Shown: in pieces, positions 7,377 through 17,560 of the stretch | Numbering within the stretch: position 1 is the stretch's first letter | How the letters are laid out: each line of letters opens with the position of its first letter | Origin: Clostridia bacterium | GTDB taxonomy: Bacteria; Bacillota; Clostridia; TANB77; CAG-465 | Reading direction: 5' to 3' | Assembly (NCBI GenBank): GCA_017478805.1 | Contig: JAFVCY010000061.1 | Location: 1-44,361, forward strand | DNA: 44,361 nt | Position numbers and translations under genes: made by a program | Notes under the pieces: model-generated | The model's database searches: none | Seen by the model: only the letters and a program-made list of their open reading frames with translations | What the model was told of the DNA's origin: nothing

Positions 7377-7889
7377 TTAATGGTACATAAACATTTTATT
7401 CATTTTCATCATTTTTTTGTATCTTGCAATATTCTTTTTGCTTATATTTTTTAATTTACGCTCCATAAAAATCGCTCTAGACTTAAGAAGCTGTTTATAA
7501 ATCTCGCTACTTGAAGAGTAACCTCTATCATATTGGTAATTACCGTTTATTTCTTCTTGAGGTTCATATTCTTCACAGCCAAAGCTTATATTTTCCTCAG
7601 TCATTTTAAGTGCTTCATCTTCGACATTTTCTGCACACTGCTCAATATTTTCACTTTCTAAATCTTCATCTTGAGCCGAAACTTTTCCTTCTTTTAACAT
7701 TTCTAATGCCAAATTATACAAAATAGTTATCTTCATTGATATTACTAAATTTCTTACTCTTTCATAAGGTTTAGGAGCATATTCACTCAAAAAAATACTT
7801 AATTCTTGTTTCATTTTCTCCATATCCGGAGTGAATATTATAAAAGGATCACCCATTTCTATAGCAGATATTACTTTGCTTATTTCCAT
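7377..7889 (-). CDS. Small protein: paralog of the N-terminal module of 6142..7197, acidic linker, basic C-terminal tail
   Basis: 21 identities over a 57-residue ungapped hand alignment with 6142..7197 (DPFIIFTPDM..APKPYERVRN..KITILY..ALEMLKEGKV). It has its own promoter and terminator. Confidence 0.55.
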   Translation of the reverse strand: MEISKVISAIEMGDPFIIFTPDMEKMKQELSIFLSEYAPKPYERVRNLVISMKITILYNLALEMLKEGKVSAQDEDLESENIEQCAENVEDEALKMTEENISFGCEEYEPQEEINGNYQYDRGYSSSSEIYKQLLKSRAIFMERKLKNISKKNIARYKKMMKMNKMFMYH

Positions 7890-7947
7890 ACTACTACCCC
7901 ATTTCCAAATAAAATTATTATATTGGCTTTACAGTCAAATTTTCACA

Positions 7948-7976
7948 ATTATATCATAGTAAATATGTAAATTCAA
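7948..7976 (-). promoter_or_regulatory. Sigma-A type promoter for 7377..7889
   Basis: Minus strand TTGAAT (7976-7971), 17-nt spacer, TGaTATAAT (-10 hexamer at 7953-7948). Confidence 0.6.
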
Positions 7977-8157
7977 GAAAAGAAGCAAAAGAAATACTAT
8001 ACTTTCATACTAAAATAGTTTAACAATACTTTATGCAAAAATATAATCAAATTAATGTATCATTTTTACTCCTAGATATATTTGGATTTTAAATTTTCAC
8101 AAAAAAATAAATTATAAAAAATATCATTTAGTATATCTATAACTTATTTTTTACTTG

Positions 8158-9360
8158 CTATTCTTCTGCTTCATCTAATTCTTGCAAATCATAAAAATCC
8201 TCTGATGCAGGAAGCTGTTCAACATCTTTTAGTTTTCTTTCAATTGTTCTTGTTTTTCTTGATGCTAAATCCATAGTATTACTTATTTCTTGAAGTTTTT
8301 TATTTGTCTTATCTAACAAATCTCCGAATTTTCCAAATTCAGACTTTACTGTTCCAAGTAACTGCCATACTTCACTACTTCTCTTTTCAATTGCAAGTGT
8401 TCTAAATCCCATTTGCAAACTATTTAATAATGCAACAAATGTAGTTGGTCCTGATACCACTACTCTATACTTTTGGCTTAATGTCTCACATAAATCTGTA
8501 TTTTTTACTATCTCACAGTACAAGCTTTCAGTTGGAAGAAACATTACTGCAAAATCAGTTGTATATGGAGTCTCAATATATTTTTCGTATATATCTTTTG
8601 CAAAAGATTTAACAGAGCGTTCTAATGACTTCCTTGCTTCTTCTACTTCTTCTGCTCTTCCTTTTTCACTTGCATCTACTAACCTTGTATAATCTTCTAT
8701 AGGGAATTTTGAATCTATTGGAAGAAGTACAGTTTCATTTTCATTTTTTCCCGGAAGTTTTATAGCATATTCAACAAAGTCATTTGATTTTGGTTTAGTT
8801 TTTACAGAACACAAATATTGCTCTTTTGTTAAAAACTGCTCTAATATATTTCCAAGCTGGATTTCACCCCAAAAACCTCTAGATTTTACATTTGTAAATA
8901 CTTTCTTTAAATCTCCTACTCCCTGAGCTAAGTTCTGCATTTCTCCGAGCCCTTTATACACAGACTCTAATCTTTCATTTACCAGCTTAAATGACTCGCC
9001 AAGTCTTTTTTCTAAAGTTGAGTGAAGCTTTTCATCAACTGTTATTCTCATTTTTTCTAATTTTTCGTTATTGTCTTTTTGCATAAGTAACATTCTTTCA
9101 TCTACTGTTTTACGTATATTTTCTAGTTTAGTTTCATTTATGTTTGTAAGATTTGCAATTGACATTTGCTGAAGATTTGCATTTTCAACTAATTTTGAAC
9201 CAATATTTTTAGATATTTCTTCCCTTGTTTCCCTAAACATTGAAGACATTTCTTGTCTCATTTCTCTGCTTAATTTTGAATTATTTCTTTTTAAATTCAT
9301 TATTATTAATACTATAACAAGTAGAATTAATATTATTAATAATATTTGTGTTAAATCCAT
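8158..9360 (-). CDS. rmuC: DNA recombination protein RmuC
   Basis: N-terminal TM helix, long coiled-coil region, and a C-terminal RmuC nuclease-like block (..LLPIDSKFP..DFAVMFLPTESLY..VVVSGPTTF..). Confidence 0.85.
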   Translation of the reverse strand: MDLTQILLIILILLVIVLIIMNLKRNNSKLSREMRQEMSSMFRETREEISKNIGSKLVENANLQQMSIANLTNINETKLENIRKTVDERMLLMQKDNNEKLEKMRITVDEKLHSTLEKRLGESFKLVNERLESVYKGLGEMQNLAQGVGDLKKVFTNVKSRGFWGEIQLGNILEQFLTKEQYLCSVKTKPKSNDFVEYAIKLPGKNENETVLLPIDSKFPIEDYTRLVDASEKGRAEEVEEARKSLERSVKSFAKDIYEKYIETPYTTDFAVMFLPTESLYCEIVKNTDLCETLSQKYRVVVSGPTTFVALLNSLQMGFRTLAIEKRSSEVWQLLGTVKSEFGKFGDLLDKTNKKLQEISNTMDLASRKTRTIERKLKDVEQLPASEDFYDLQELDEAEE

Positions 9361-9390
9361 ATAACATACCTCTTTCTTTTTTACAAATAT

Positions 9391-9419
9391 ATTATATCAA
9401 ACTTATGTTTAAATGTCAA
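9391..9419 (-). promoter_or_regulatory. Consensus sigma-A promoter for rmuC
   Basis: Minus strand TTGACA (9419-9414), 17-nt spacer, TATAAT (9396-9391). Confidence 0.7.
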
Positions 9420-9520
9420 CAATAAAATTTAATAAAGTATAATATTAATAATGATTTAATTTTAGCACTTAATGTGTATCAAGTATAGTAAATAATCTTT
9501 CAAATATATTTTTATTCCAA

Positions 9521-9549
9521 ATTTTTAAATTTCTAGATTTTTAAATTTC
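9521..9549. repeat. 13-nt direct repeat ATTTTTAAATTTC x2, 3-nt spacer
   Basis: 9521-9533 and 9537-9549 are identical. Each copy contains the TTTAAA/AAATTT palindromes. Confidence 0.8.
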
Positions 9550-9619
9550 AAATTTTTTATATTTATTATTTTTCTTTATACTACTTGACATTTAATAATA
9601 ATTATTGTTAAATAATAGT

Positions 9620-9757
9620 GCATTAAAGTTATACCTTAACATTAGTGTACCATGGTAAAATATAGCTTTTTACCTCCTTTCTTTGAAATTACGGAAAGGC
9701 CTATAAAGTATTATTAAAGTTATCGAGAAGTTAGTTCCAGCTGACTTCTCTTTTTTT
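9620..9757 (+). ncRNA. Candidate small RNA / orphan transcription unit (promoter to strong terminator, no ORF)
   Basis: TTGACA 9585-9590 with a weak -10, plus an extended -10 TGgTAAAAT at 9653-9661. Hairpins at 9654-9674 and 9676-9699, terminator at 9725-9757. It contains ACCTCCTTTCT (9672-9682). No RBS-preceded ORF. The 5' end is not defined. Confidence 0.3.
9725..9757 (+). terminator. Strong rho-independent terminator
   Basis: 10-bp stem GAGAAGTTAG 9725-9734 / CTGACTTCTC 9741-9750 (one G-U pair), 6-nt loop, T7 at 9751-9757. Confidence 0.8.
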
Positions 9758-9854
9758 AAAATTTTTTCCAAAAAACTTCTTTGAGTACTTGTAAATTTTT
9801 TTATTTCATTATATCATTAATATATATAATTATGGTTATACGGAGGAAAAATAT

Positions 9855-11552
9855 ATGGAAGGTACATATAATAAATATTTATTAAAACTTGCAAAAAAGT
9901 GCACACTTTCTGAGGAATTTATAGATATTATAGATAAATTTTTTAATAAACTAATTGATTTTGGATATATCTCTAGAAGAGCTAAAATTAACCTTTCAAA
10001 AAAGCTTTTAAACAACTTAGATACAGTGATTGTGTCAAATAACCAGTCAATAGATTTTAAGACAGGATATTATGATGCAAACAAGAAAGAGTTATATTTG
10101 AAAGATATTTCAAATCTCCAGTCAGTATACTTAAGGCTTCTTTATGTTGTAACTACTAAAGAGTTATCTGACGGGACATATTCTACAGGGTATTCAAAAT
10201 CTTTCCAATCTAAAACATCATTTGGAATAGAACACAAAAATTTTGGAATTAATAGAGCTGTTATGTCAAATCTAGTTTGTAGATTACTCTATACACTGCC
10301 TACTACTCTTTCTATTGTTCCAACATACAGGACTTATGAAAATAACTTTTTAGGCTACAAAATTAATTCTGACAATGATATATATTTCTTAGAGGGAAAA
10401 GTTCTAAGACAAATATGCTACGTTTTAGGAATTAGTGAAGAAAAGCTATACTCAAACCTATTTTCACTTAATCCAACTAGAGAAATATCAAAAATATTCG
10501 ACAAAATAGATGATGGCGATATTCTATTTTACTTAGATAGAATAAGTAGAGCGTATTCAAACTACAATAAACTTTGCTATTACAATAATTTAATATCTGA
10601 TAATTATATAGAAATAAAAAAGACTGCAAGTACTCCAGAAGCTACTTTTGCAATTGCAAAAAAACGTGAGATTGAACTTTCACTAAAAAAAGTTATGCAA
10701 AAAATGTTCCCTGAGCTTGATGATGATAATGAAAATCCACTTCTTAATCTTGAAGGAAGCTTAGCAGAAAAAATTTCAGATTTAGAAGAACTTATACTTG
10801 AGTATTTATCTAAAGTTCAAGAAGTGCTCGCAAACGAGCTAGTTAAACAAAAAAATAAATTCTCACCACTTGGATATGTTACTAAGCTAAAAGTTTTTGA
10901 GGATATGTTAGTACTTAAAAATGACATTATAACAAAAGAAATACACGATACGATAACTCATAGTCTTATCTTTGCTAATGAGTATAGCTGTACAAATTTA
11001 ATAGAAAAGATTAAATATTCTTTAGCACTTTTTGGCCTTTCAAGTACGAACAATTTGAAAATTTTTGATGATACTAAGTTTTATAAACTAAAAGGAATTA
11101 ATGAAAGCTTGTCTACTTCTGCAATTTGTATTAGAAATGGTGACTTTCTAGAGATTGCTAATATTTCAAAGCTTGATAAGGAAACAAGTGATATAATGGA
11201 TAATGTTGAGTTATTAAAATTGAGCTCTATTGCACATATGTTAAATACTAGTACTTCTTCTGAAATACTTGAAACAATTATTACGAATATAAGGGATTAT
11301 GATGAAGCATATAAAAAATTAGATGTAAGTAACCTTTATCTTGCAAAAGATGAATATCATACATATATAATAGTAAATAATATACCAAATCCGGTAATAT
11401 TTACAGTTGATAAAGATGCTTTGGTAAATATAGTAAACTTTTCTGAGCAGTATATTATTCTTGGTGAAACTACTTCACTTCCTACAGTGTATAAAGAGAG
11501 AAAATTATTTAATTTTATTAGAAATCTTCCTTTATTCCAAAAAAGTAATTAG
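9855..11552 (+). CDS. Hypothetical protein, 565 aa, no domain recognised
   Basis: Long ORF with RBS GGAGG 8 nt before the ATG. Possible own promoter (TTGTAA 9789-9794 / TATCAT 9812-9817). Terminator downstream. Confidence 0.75.
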   Translation: MEGTYNKYLLKLAKKCTLSEEFIDIIDKFFNKLIDFGYISRRAKINLSKKLLNNLDTVIVSNNQSIDFKTGYYDANKKELYLKDISNLQSVYLRLLYVVTTKELSDGTYSTGYSKSFQSKTSFGIEHKNFGINRAVMSNLVCRLLYTLPTTLSIVPTYRTYENNFLGYKINSDNDIYFLEGKVLRQICYVLGISEEKLYSNLFSLNPTREISKIFDKIDDGDILFYLDRISRAYSNYNKLCYYNNLISDNYIEIKKTASTPEATFAIAKKREIELSLKKVMQKMFPELDDDNENPLLNLEGSLAEKISDLEELILEYLSKVQEVLANELVKQKNKFSPLGYVTKLKVFEDMLVLKNDIITKEIHDTITHSLIFANEYSCTNLIEKIKYSLALFGLSSTNNLKIFDDTKFYKLKGINESLSTSAICIRNGDFLEIANISKLDKETSDIMDNVELLKLSSIAHMLNTSTSSEILETIITNIRDYDEAYKKLDVSNLYLAKDEYHTYIIVNNIPNPVIFTVDKDALVNIVNFSEQYIILGETTSLPTVYKERKLFNFIRNLPLFQKSN

Positions 11553-11567
11553 AAAAAATATAAATAT

Positions 11568-11603
11568 AGGTAGGTAATTAAATTTTACCTACCTTTGCTG
11601 TTT
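11568..11603. terminator. Terminator between convergent genes
   Basis: 10-bp stem AGGTAGGTAA 11568-11577 / TTACCTACCT 11585-11594, with a T-rich tail. Confidence 0.7.
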
Positions 11604-11612
11604 ATATGTATA

Positions 11613-11828
11613 CTACTCTCTAGACATATCGTCATCATCAATCTTGCCAAAGAAACTGAATGCCCAAAGGCCTGCTATACCTGCTAAAATGTATATAATT
11701 CTTACTATTACATCGCTTATTGAACCAAATAGCATTGATATTAGATTAACATTGAATAAACCTATAGCACCCCAGTTTACAGCAGCAATAATTAAAACAG
11801 CTAAGAAAATACTATTTACAACTTTCAT
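11613..11828 (-). CDS. DUF378 family small membrane protein
   Basis: 71 aa, two TM helices, AVNWGAIGLF.. and ..IIYILAGIAGLW signature. RBS GGAGG. Confidence 0.85.
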   Translation of the reverse strand: MKVVNSIFLAVLIIAAVNWGAIGLFNVNLISMLFGSISDVIVRIIYILAGIAGLWAFSFFGKIDDDDMSRE

Positions 11829-11905
11829 TTTGAAAACCTCCTAATAATATTCCTTAAGTATATTATTAGAAGGTTTAATAAATTTATACATCTATTATTT
11901 ATTAT

Positions 11906-12712
11906 TTATTTTTTATTATTTTTAAATTGCTCATAAAGCAGAATTGAAGCTGCTACAGCTACATTTAAAGATTCAACTTCATCATTAATTTTAATTTTTA
12001 TTATTTTATCAGATTTTTTTAAAATTTCAGCATCTACACCATTTGCTTCATTACCAAGTACTATAGCACACTTTTTATCAAAACTTTTGCTTTCTAAATA
12101 ACTACTTTCTTTTAAAGAAGTAGCAAGTATTAAATAATCATTTTCTTTTAAAAATTTAAACATTTCATCTATATTATCTACATATACAATACTTGTTTTT
12201 AAAATACTAAGCATAGTCGACCTTACAACTTTCTGGCTATACACATCAGTTGTTCCTTTTGTGCAAATTATATTACTTACTCCAAAAGCATTTGCAGTTC
12301 GTATAATTGTACCTAAATTTCCACTATCTTGAACTTTATCAAGTATTAGTATATTTTTTGAAACGTCTATATCATTAAGAGAAATATCTTTTATTTTAAC
12401 CACGCAAAGAATACCTTGCGTAGTTACTGTTTCTACTACTTTTTCAAATATATTATTCTCTATTTCTATAACTTCAATACCACTTTTTTTTACTTTTTCT
12501 AAAACTTCTCTATATCCATTTACTTTTTTTAATAAATTTAAAGAATAAGCGATAAACTCAATGTTTATCGCCTTTTCTTTATAGATATCTAGAAGTTCTG
12601 AAACCACTTTTACACCTTCTATATAAAAAGCGTTATATTTTTGTCTAAACTTTTTTTCATTTAAACTTTTAATATATTTTACCTTTTCATTAGATAAGCT
12701 TGTTATTTCCAT
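11906..12712 (-). CDS. TrmH/SpoU family RNA 2'-O-methyltransferase
   Basis: SpoU motifs DSGNLGTIIRTANAFG, VLGNEANGV, ESLNVAVAASILLYE. Confidence 0.85.
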   Translation of the reverse strand: MEITSLSNEKVKYIKSLNEKKFRQKYNAFYIEGVKVVSELLDIYKEKAINIEFIAYSLNLLKKVNGYREVLEKVKKSGIEVIEIENNIFEKVVETVTTQGILCVVKIKDISLNDIDVSKNILILDKVQDSGNLGTIIRTANAFGVSNIICTKGTTDVYSQKVVRSTMLSILKTSIVYVDNIDEMFKFLKENDYLILATSLKESSYLESKSFDKKCAIVLGNEANGVDAEILKKSDKIIKIKINDEVESLNVAVAASILLYEQFKNNKK

Positions 12713-12726
12713 CTTATACTCCTATA

Positions 12727-13935
12727 TTACTGCTCTACATTTTCTGTTTCTGATGTATTATCTTGCACTTCTGCATTTGTATTTTCAGTACTTTCTGTAT
12801 CATTAGCACTTGTACTTTCAGTTTCTTCTACATCATCTAAGCTTATAACGCCGTCATCTTCTGATACTTGTTCAGTAGAAGTTACTGCTTCTAAGTCAGA
12901 TGAAATAGGATTTCCAGTAACTTTTGCTATTACCTCTTTCATTACTTCTGTTTGTATTTCTACGTGTTCTTCATCAGTAACTTTGGATAAATCGTCAGAT
13001 ACCATTTCTTCTCTTACTGATAACTGATGTACTTTACCATTTTCGTTATATTCTTCAAGTTTAATAATATGGTATCCAAACTGAGTTTCTACAAGTTCAG
13101 AAGTTACTGCTCCAACATCAAGAGTTATAGCTGCATTAGAATAGTCACTATCTGTTGTACCATCCATATATACTTTATACTCTCCACCTTTTTCTGCTGT
13201 TCCTTTATCTTCAGAGTACTCTTTTGCTAAACTTGAGAAGTCTTCTCCAGCTAGAGCTCTTTCTAGCACTGCTTGTGCCTGCTCTTTTTTAGCTGCTTTT
13301 TCTTCATCAGAAAGTGCATTTCCTTCTGAATCTGAAGCCTTAAATAATATGTGTTTTGTTACATATTCTCTCATATCAGTATCTTCGCCATAGTTTTCTT
13401 TTATGTAGCTTTCAACTTCGTCATCTGGAAGCTGCTCTGCTAAGTACTCTCTATAGTCATCCATTATAAAGTCATTGTAGTAAAATTCTTTCATCCTTGT
13501 TGGATTTATTCCAGCATCGATAAATATTTGAAGCTCTTCTTCATCACTAAATATTCCATCTACGTATTCTTTATCTTCAGCTGAAATTGTTATTCCTGCT
13601 GCTTTAGCTCTTGAAACCAATATCATATCTGAAGCTGCTTTTTGTGCAATTATTTCACCTAAAGCATCTGCATCATCATTTGTGTATCCATACACATATT
13701 GAAGCATTGGTGCAAATGTCCTGTAATATATTTCAAAATCATCAACATTTACTACTCCAGTATCAAATTTTACAACTGCCTTTAAGTTTTTGTTATACAA
13801 AAAGTAACCAAATATAGCAAGGGCAATTAAAACAACTAGCGCTATAATAATACCAATTACTAGTCCCTCCTTAGACTTTGACTGTTTTTCAAATTTTTTT
13901 AGTTCTTTTGCTTCTACATTTTCATTTTCGTTCAT
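12727..13935 (-). CDS. PrsA-like parvulin-type peptidyl-prolyl isomerase, membrane anchored, acidic C-terminal tail
   Basis: Start moved to ATG 13935 (RBS GGGGAGAG). N-terminal TM helix. PPIC block VTKHILFK..EDFSSLAKEYSED..GGEY..FGYHIIKLE. Confidence 0.8.
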   Translation of the reverse strand: MNENENVEAKELKKFEKQSKSKEGLVIGIIIALVVLIALAIFGYFLYNKNLKAVVKFDTGVVNVDDFEIYYRTFAPMLQYVYGYTNDDADALGEIIAQKAASDMILVSRAKAAGITISAEDKEYVDGIFSDEEELQIFIDAGINPTRMKEFYYNDFIMDDYREYLAEQLPDDEVESYIKENYGEDTDMREYVTKHILFKASDSEGNALSDEEKAAKKEQAQAVLERALAGEDFSSLAKEYSEDKGTAEKGGEYKVYMDGTTDSDYSNAAITLDVGAVTSELVETQFGYHIIKLEEYNENGKVHQLSVREEMVSDDLSKVTDEEHVEIQTEVMKEVIAKVTGNPISSDLEAVTSTEQVSEDDGVISLDDVEETESTSANDTESTENTNAEVQDNTSETENVEQ

Positions 13936-14115
13936 TAAAAACTCTCCCCTCTCTAAAATATGTAATAACAAATTACATTTAGTAGTATATCATTGTAAAA
14001 AACAAATGTCAATAAATTACATTTTTTATCTTAATATTTCACAAATTCCTCACAAAATTTGTTACAAAACTGTAATTTTTGATTTATTTTTATTAAATAT
14101 TTTTATAAATTTTGG

Positions 14116-17100
14116 TTATTTATTATTTTTATTTATCATTTTTTGTAGTTCTTTTAGGTAAAATTCAGCAGATAATAACACATCTTTTGAGCTTAAGTTA
14201 TATATCAAATCCTGCTCTAATTTATCTGATGATATTATAATGCTTGCATTTTTTCTTGATATTTTCTTTATTCCAAGCTCTCTACATATATTTCTTATCT
14301 CAACTATCTTTATTAAGTTTTCCACTTCTTTTGGAACAGTACCATATCTATCTAGCATTTCTTCTATCAAAGCTACACTTTCCTTTTTGTTTTCTATTTC
14401 TGAAATCTTATGATACATTGAGATTTTTTGCACCATATCAGATATATACGTATCAGGTATATATGCAGATACGCCAAGATCTATTTTTACTTCTCTATTT
14501 TTTATCATTTCTTGCTCTTTTAAGTCATCTATATTTTTACCATTTTGCGCTCTTGATACTGCTTTTTCAAGCATTGAAATGTACATTTCATAACCAATTG
14601 CAACCATATGTCCATGCTGAGCCCTTCCGAAGTATATTTCCAGCACCTCTTATTTCTAAGTCACGCATCGCTATTTTAAAGCCACTACCAAATTCTGTGA
14701 AGTCTTTTATAGCTTTTAGTCTTTTTTCAGAAGTCTCACTTAAAACTCTATCTTTTTTGTATGTTATATATGCATATGCAAGTCTGCTTGACCTACCTAC
14801 TCTTCCTCTTATTTGATAAAGTGCAGCAAGTCCTAGTTTTTCTGCATCTTCAACAATTAATGTGTTTGCATTTGGAATATCTATTCCAGATTCTAGTATT
14901 GTTGTACAAACAATTATATCTATTTCATGGTTTACAAATGCCATCATTATATCTTCTATATCTTTTGGGTCCATTTGCCCATGTGCAAACGCAACTTTTG
15001 CCGATGGTGGCGCAAGCATTTTAACCTTTTCTGCCACTTTTTCAATATTTTCTACTCTGTTGTTTATATAAAAGACCTGACCATCACGAGAAAGCTCTCT
15101 TTCTATTGCTACTTTTATTATGTTTTCATCATACTCCATTACATATGTATGTACTGGCATCCTCTCAAGTGGTGGAGTAGTAAGCGTGCTCATTGTTCTT
15201 ACTCCTATCATTGACATATTAAGTGTTCTAGGTATAGGTGTTGCTGTCATTGAGAGTACATCTACATTTTGCTTTAGCTCTTTTATTGTTTCTTTTGCTT
15301 TAACTCCAAATCTATGCTCCTCATCAATTATTAATAGTCCCAAATCTCTAAATTTAACATCACTAGACAAAAGTCTATGTGTTCCAATTACAATATCTAT
15401 GCTTCCTTCTGCTAAACCTTTTATTATTTTCTTCTGCTCACTTTGAGATTTAAATCTAGATAACATTTCAACTTTTATTCCAAATTTTTCCATCCTATTT
15501 TTAAATGTGGTAAATTGCTGAAGTGAAAGTACTGTTGTAGGCACTAAGTATGCTACCTGCTTTGAGTCCATTACCGCTTTAAAAGCTGCCCTTATTGCAA
15601 CTTCAGTTTTTCCGTAACCTACATCACCACAAAGAAGTCTATCCATAGGCTTTTCATCTTGCATGTCTTTTTTTACATCAAGCACTGCATATTCTTGGTC
15701 TTCAGTTAGTTCATACGGAAAGTCATCTTCAAATTCTTTTTGCCAAGGAGTGTCTTCTGAGAACTTGAAGCCTTTTGCTTTATCTCTTAATGCATAAAGC
15801 TCTACTAAATCTTTTGCCACCTCATCTACATTTGCTCTTGCTTTTGAGATTGCCTTGTTCCACTCTTTTGAGCCAAGTGTATTTAATTTTGGTGTTGCTT
15901 CCTCATCGCACATGTATTTCTTTATACTATCTAGCTGTGAGATAGGTACAAATATTACCGCTGCATCTGCATACTCAATTTTCATATAATCAGATGTTAC
16001 ATTTTCTACATCTACTGTCTGCACACCTTTGTACATACCTATTCCATGTGATTCATGAACAACATAGTCTCCTATTTTCAAATCCTCAAACGAGTTTATA
16101 ATCTGCCCAAATGTATTTGACTTGTTATTTCTTCTTGTCTTGTTATATACCCCGCTAACTTCTTCTGCTATAACTGTTAAATTAAATTCTTTTATATCAT
16201 ACCCTGATGATAGAATGCCTTGCGTTATATATACTTTTCCTTCTTCTAGAGTTTCAGAAAATAGATTATCTATTTTTTTTGCGTATATTTTGCTATCTAA
16301 AAGCATATTCTTTATCTGCTCTACTCTAACTAGCGTAGGGAATACTAAAAGTACAATGTTTTCTTCTTTGTTTTTTATATCTCCCATTAACATCTCTACA
16401 GAGTTTTTATAGAAATTCATCTCCTTGCACTCAAAAGTTACTTTTTCTCTATTTGAATGCATAGCTGCATCTAGACATATCTTTTCAAAATATACATTTG
16501 TCTTATCTGAAAGCACACTTTCTATATTATTAAATGTATATAACTTTGAGGCATATTTGGGAATAATATACTCCTTTTCTACAAGCATTTTTAATGTTTC
16601 TTCATTTTCGTATAACAAACTACCTGCTTTTTCTATACATCTAGATGGTTCATCTATATATATAACAAAATTTTCTAGATTTTCTAAAAAGCAAACTGCA
16701 CCTTCATTTATTACTTCGAAGTATTTATCCATTACTTTATTTAGTTCATAGTTTTCTACCAATTCTAAATCTTCTGATATATTCTTTTTTAACAGTTTTG
16801 AGTTTTTATCATTTTTTAGCTCAGTATTTAACAAATCTATTAATTTATTTCTTTTCTTTTCTGAGACATTAAATTCTGAGATATTTGAAAGATTAATACT
16901 TTCTATATTCTCTATACTTCTTTGACTTACCGCATCAAATGTTCTAATTGATTCTACTGTATCAAATGCAAGCTGGATTCTAACCGGCACTTCATCATCT
17001 ATTCCAAATATATCTATTATCTCTCCTCTATGTGAGAACTGGCCTTTTCCTTCTACAAAGCTTGCTCTTTCATAACCTAGATTTGAGAGTGAATCTAGCA

Positions 17101-17554
17101 GCTCGTCTATGTTTATTTTTTTATCTTTGCAAATTTCAATACTTTTTGCCTTATAACTATCTAAACTTAAGCATTTTTGCATTATTGCATCTATTGTTGT
17201 AACTAAAATTATTTTCTTTTTTGATATTATTCTTTCTATAGCGTACATCCTAGCATTTTGAACTTCTTTACTTTCTGCCTCTACGTTATAGTATGTAAGT
17301 TGCCTTGCTGGAAAGTATACTATTTCTATATCTGAAACAAATTTTAAGTCTGCTATTGTTTTTCTTGCTTGCATAGCATTTGGACATACTATGCAAGCTG
17401 ATTTATCTGAATTTAAACTTAAAGAATATACCATATGTGCACTTATTGTGCTTTCTAGCCCAAATACTGATATTTCTTCTTTTTCTTCTTTTAGTTTTTC
17501 TAAAAGAAATGTGTACTTCTCACTTTTTCCAAAGTTTTTTACTAAATTATTCAT
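14116..17554 (-). CDS. mfd: Transcription-repair coupling factor Mfd, frame interrupted at an in-frame CGG (ORFs 14588..17554 + 14116..14646)
   Basis: GDVGYGKTEVA, IDEEHRFG, SMTATPIPRTL, RGRVGRS. The two ORFs differ by one nt at CGG 14629-14627. Skipping the C gives ..RGAGNIL|GRAQHGHMVAIGYEMY.., the conserved Mfd motif. Confidence 0.9.
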
Positions 17555-17560
17555 TGTTTA

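Noticed and set aside
329-7889. A common (L/F)xP(K/x)xY motif linking the plus-strand zinc-ribbon family (LIPVSY, LVPIKY, LIPKSY) to the minus-strand pair (FRPKEY, APKPY).
   Set aside because: The spacing relative to the preceding PF(D/E) differs: about 8 residues versus about 21. The surrounding sequence does not align, so this is likely coincidence.
9620-9757. A known riboswitch or T-box leader upstream of the 565-aa gene.
   Set aside because: I could not match any riboswitch consensus that I know. A separate promoter-like element lies between the terminator and the gene. It is retained only as a generic sRNA candidate.
11841-11869. AT-rich hairpin (CTAATAATAT / ATATTATTAG) between the trmH-like gene and the DUF378 gene, considered as an SD-sequestering element.
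   Set aside because: The stem is almost entirely A-T and overlaps only the first base of the GGAGG. It is too weak for a confident terminator or regulatory call.
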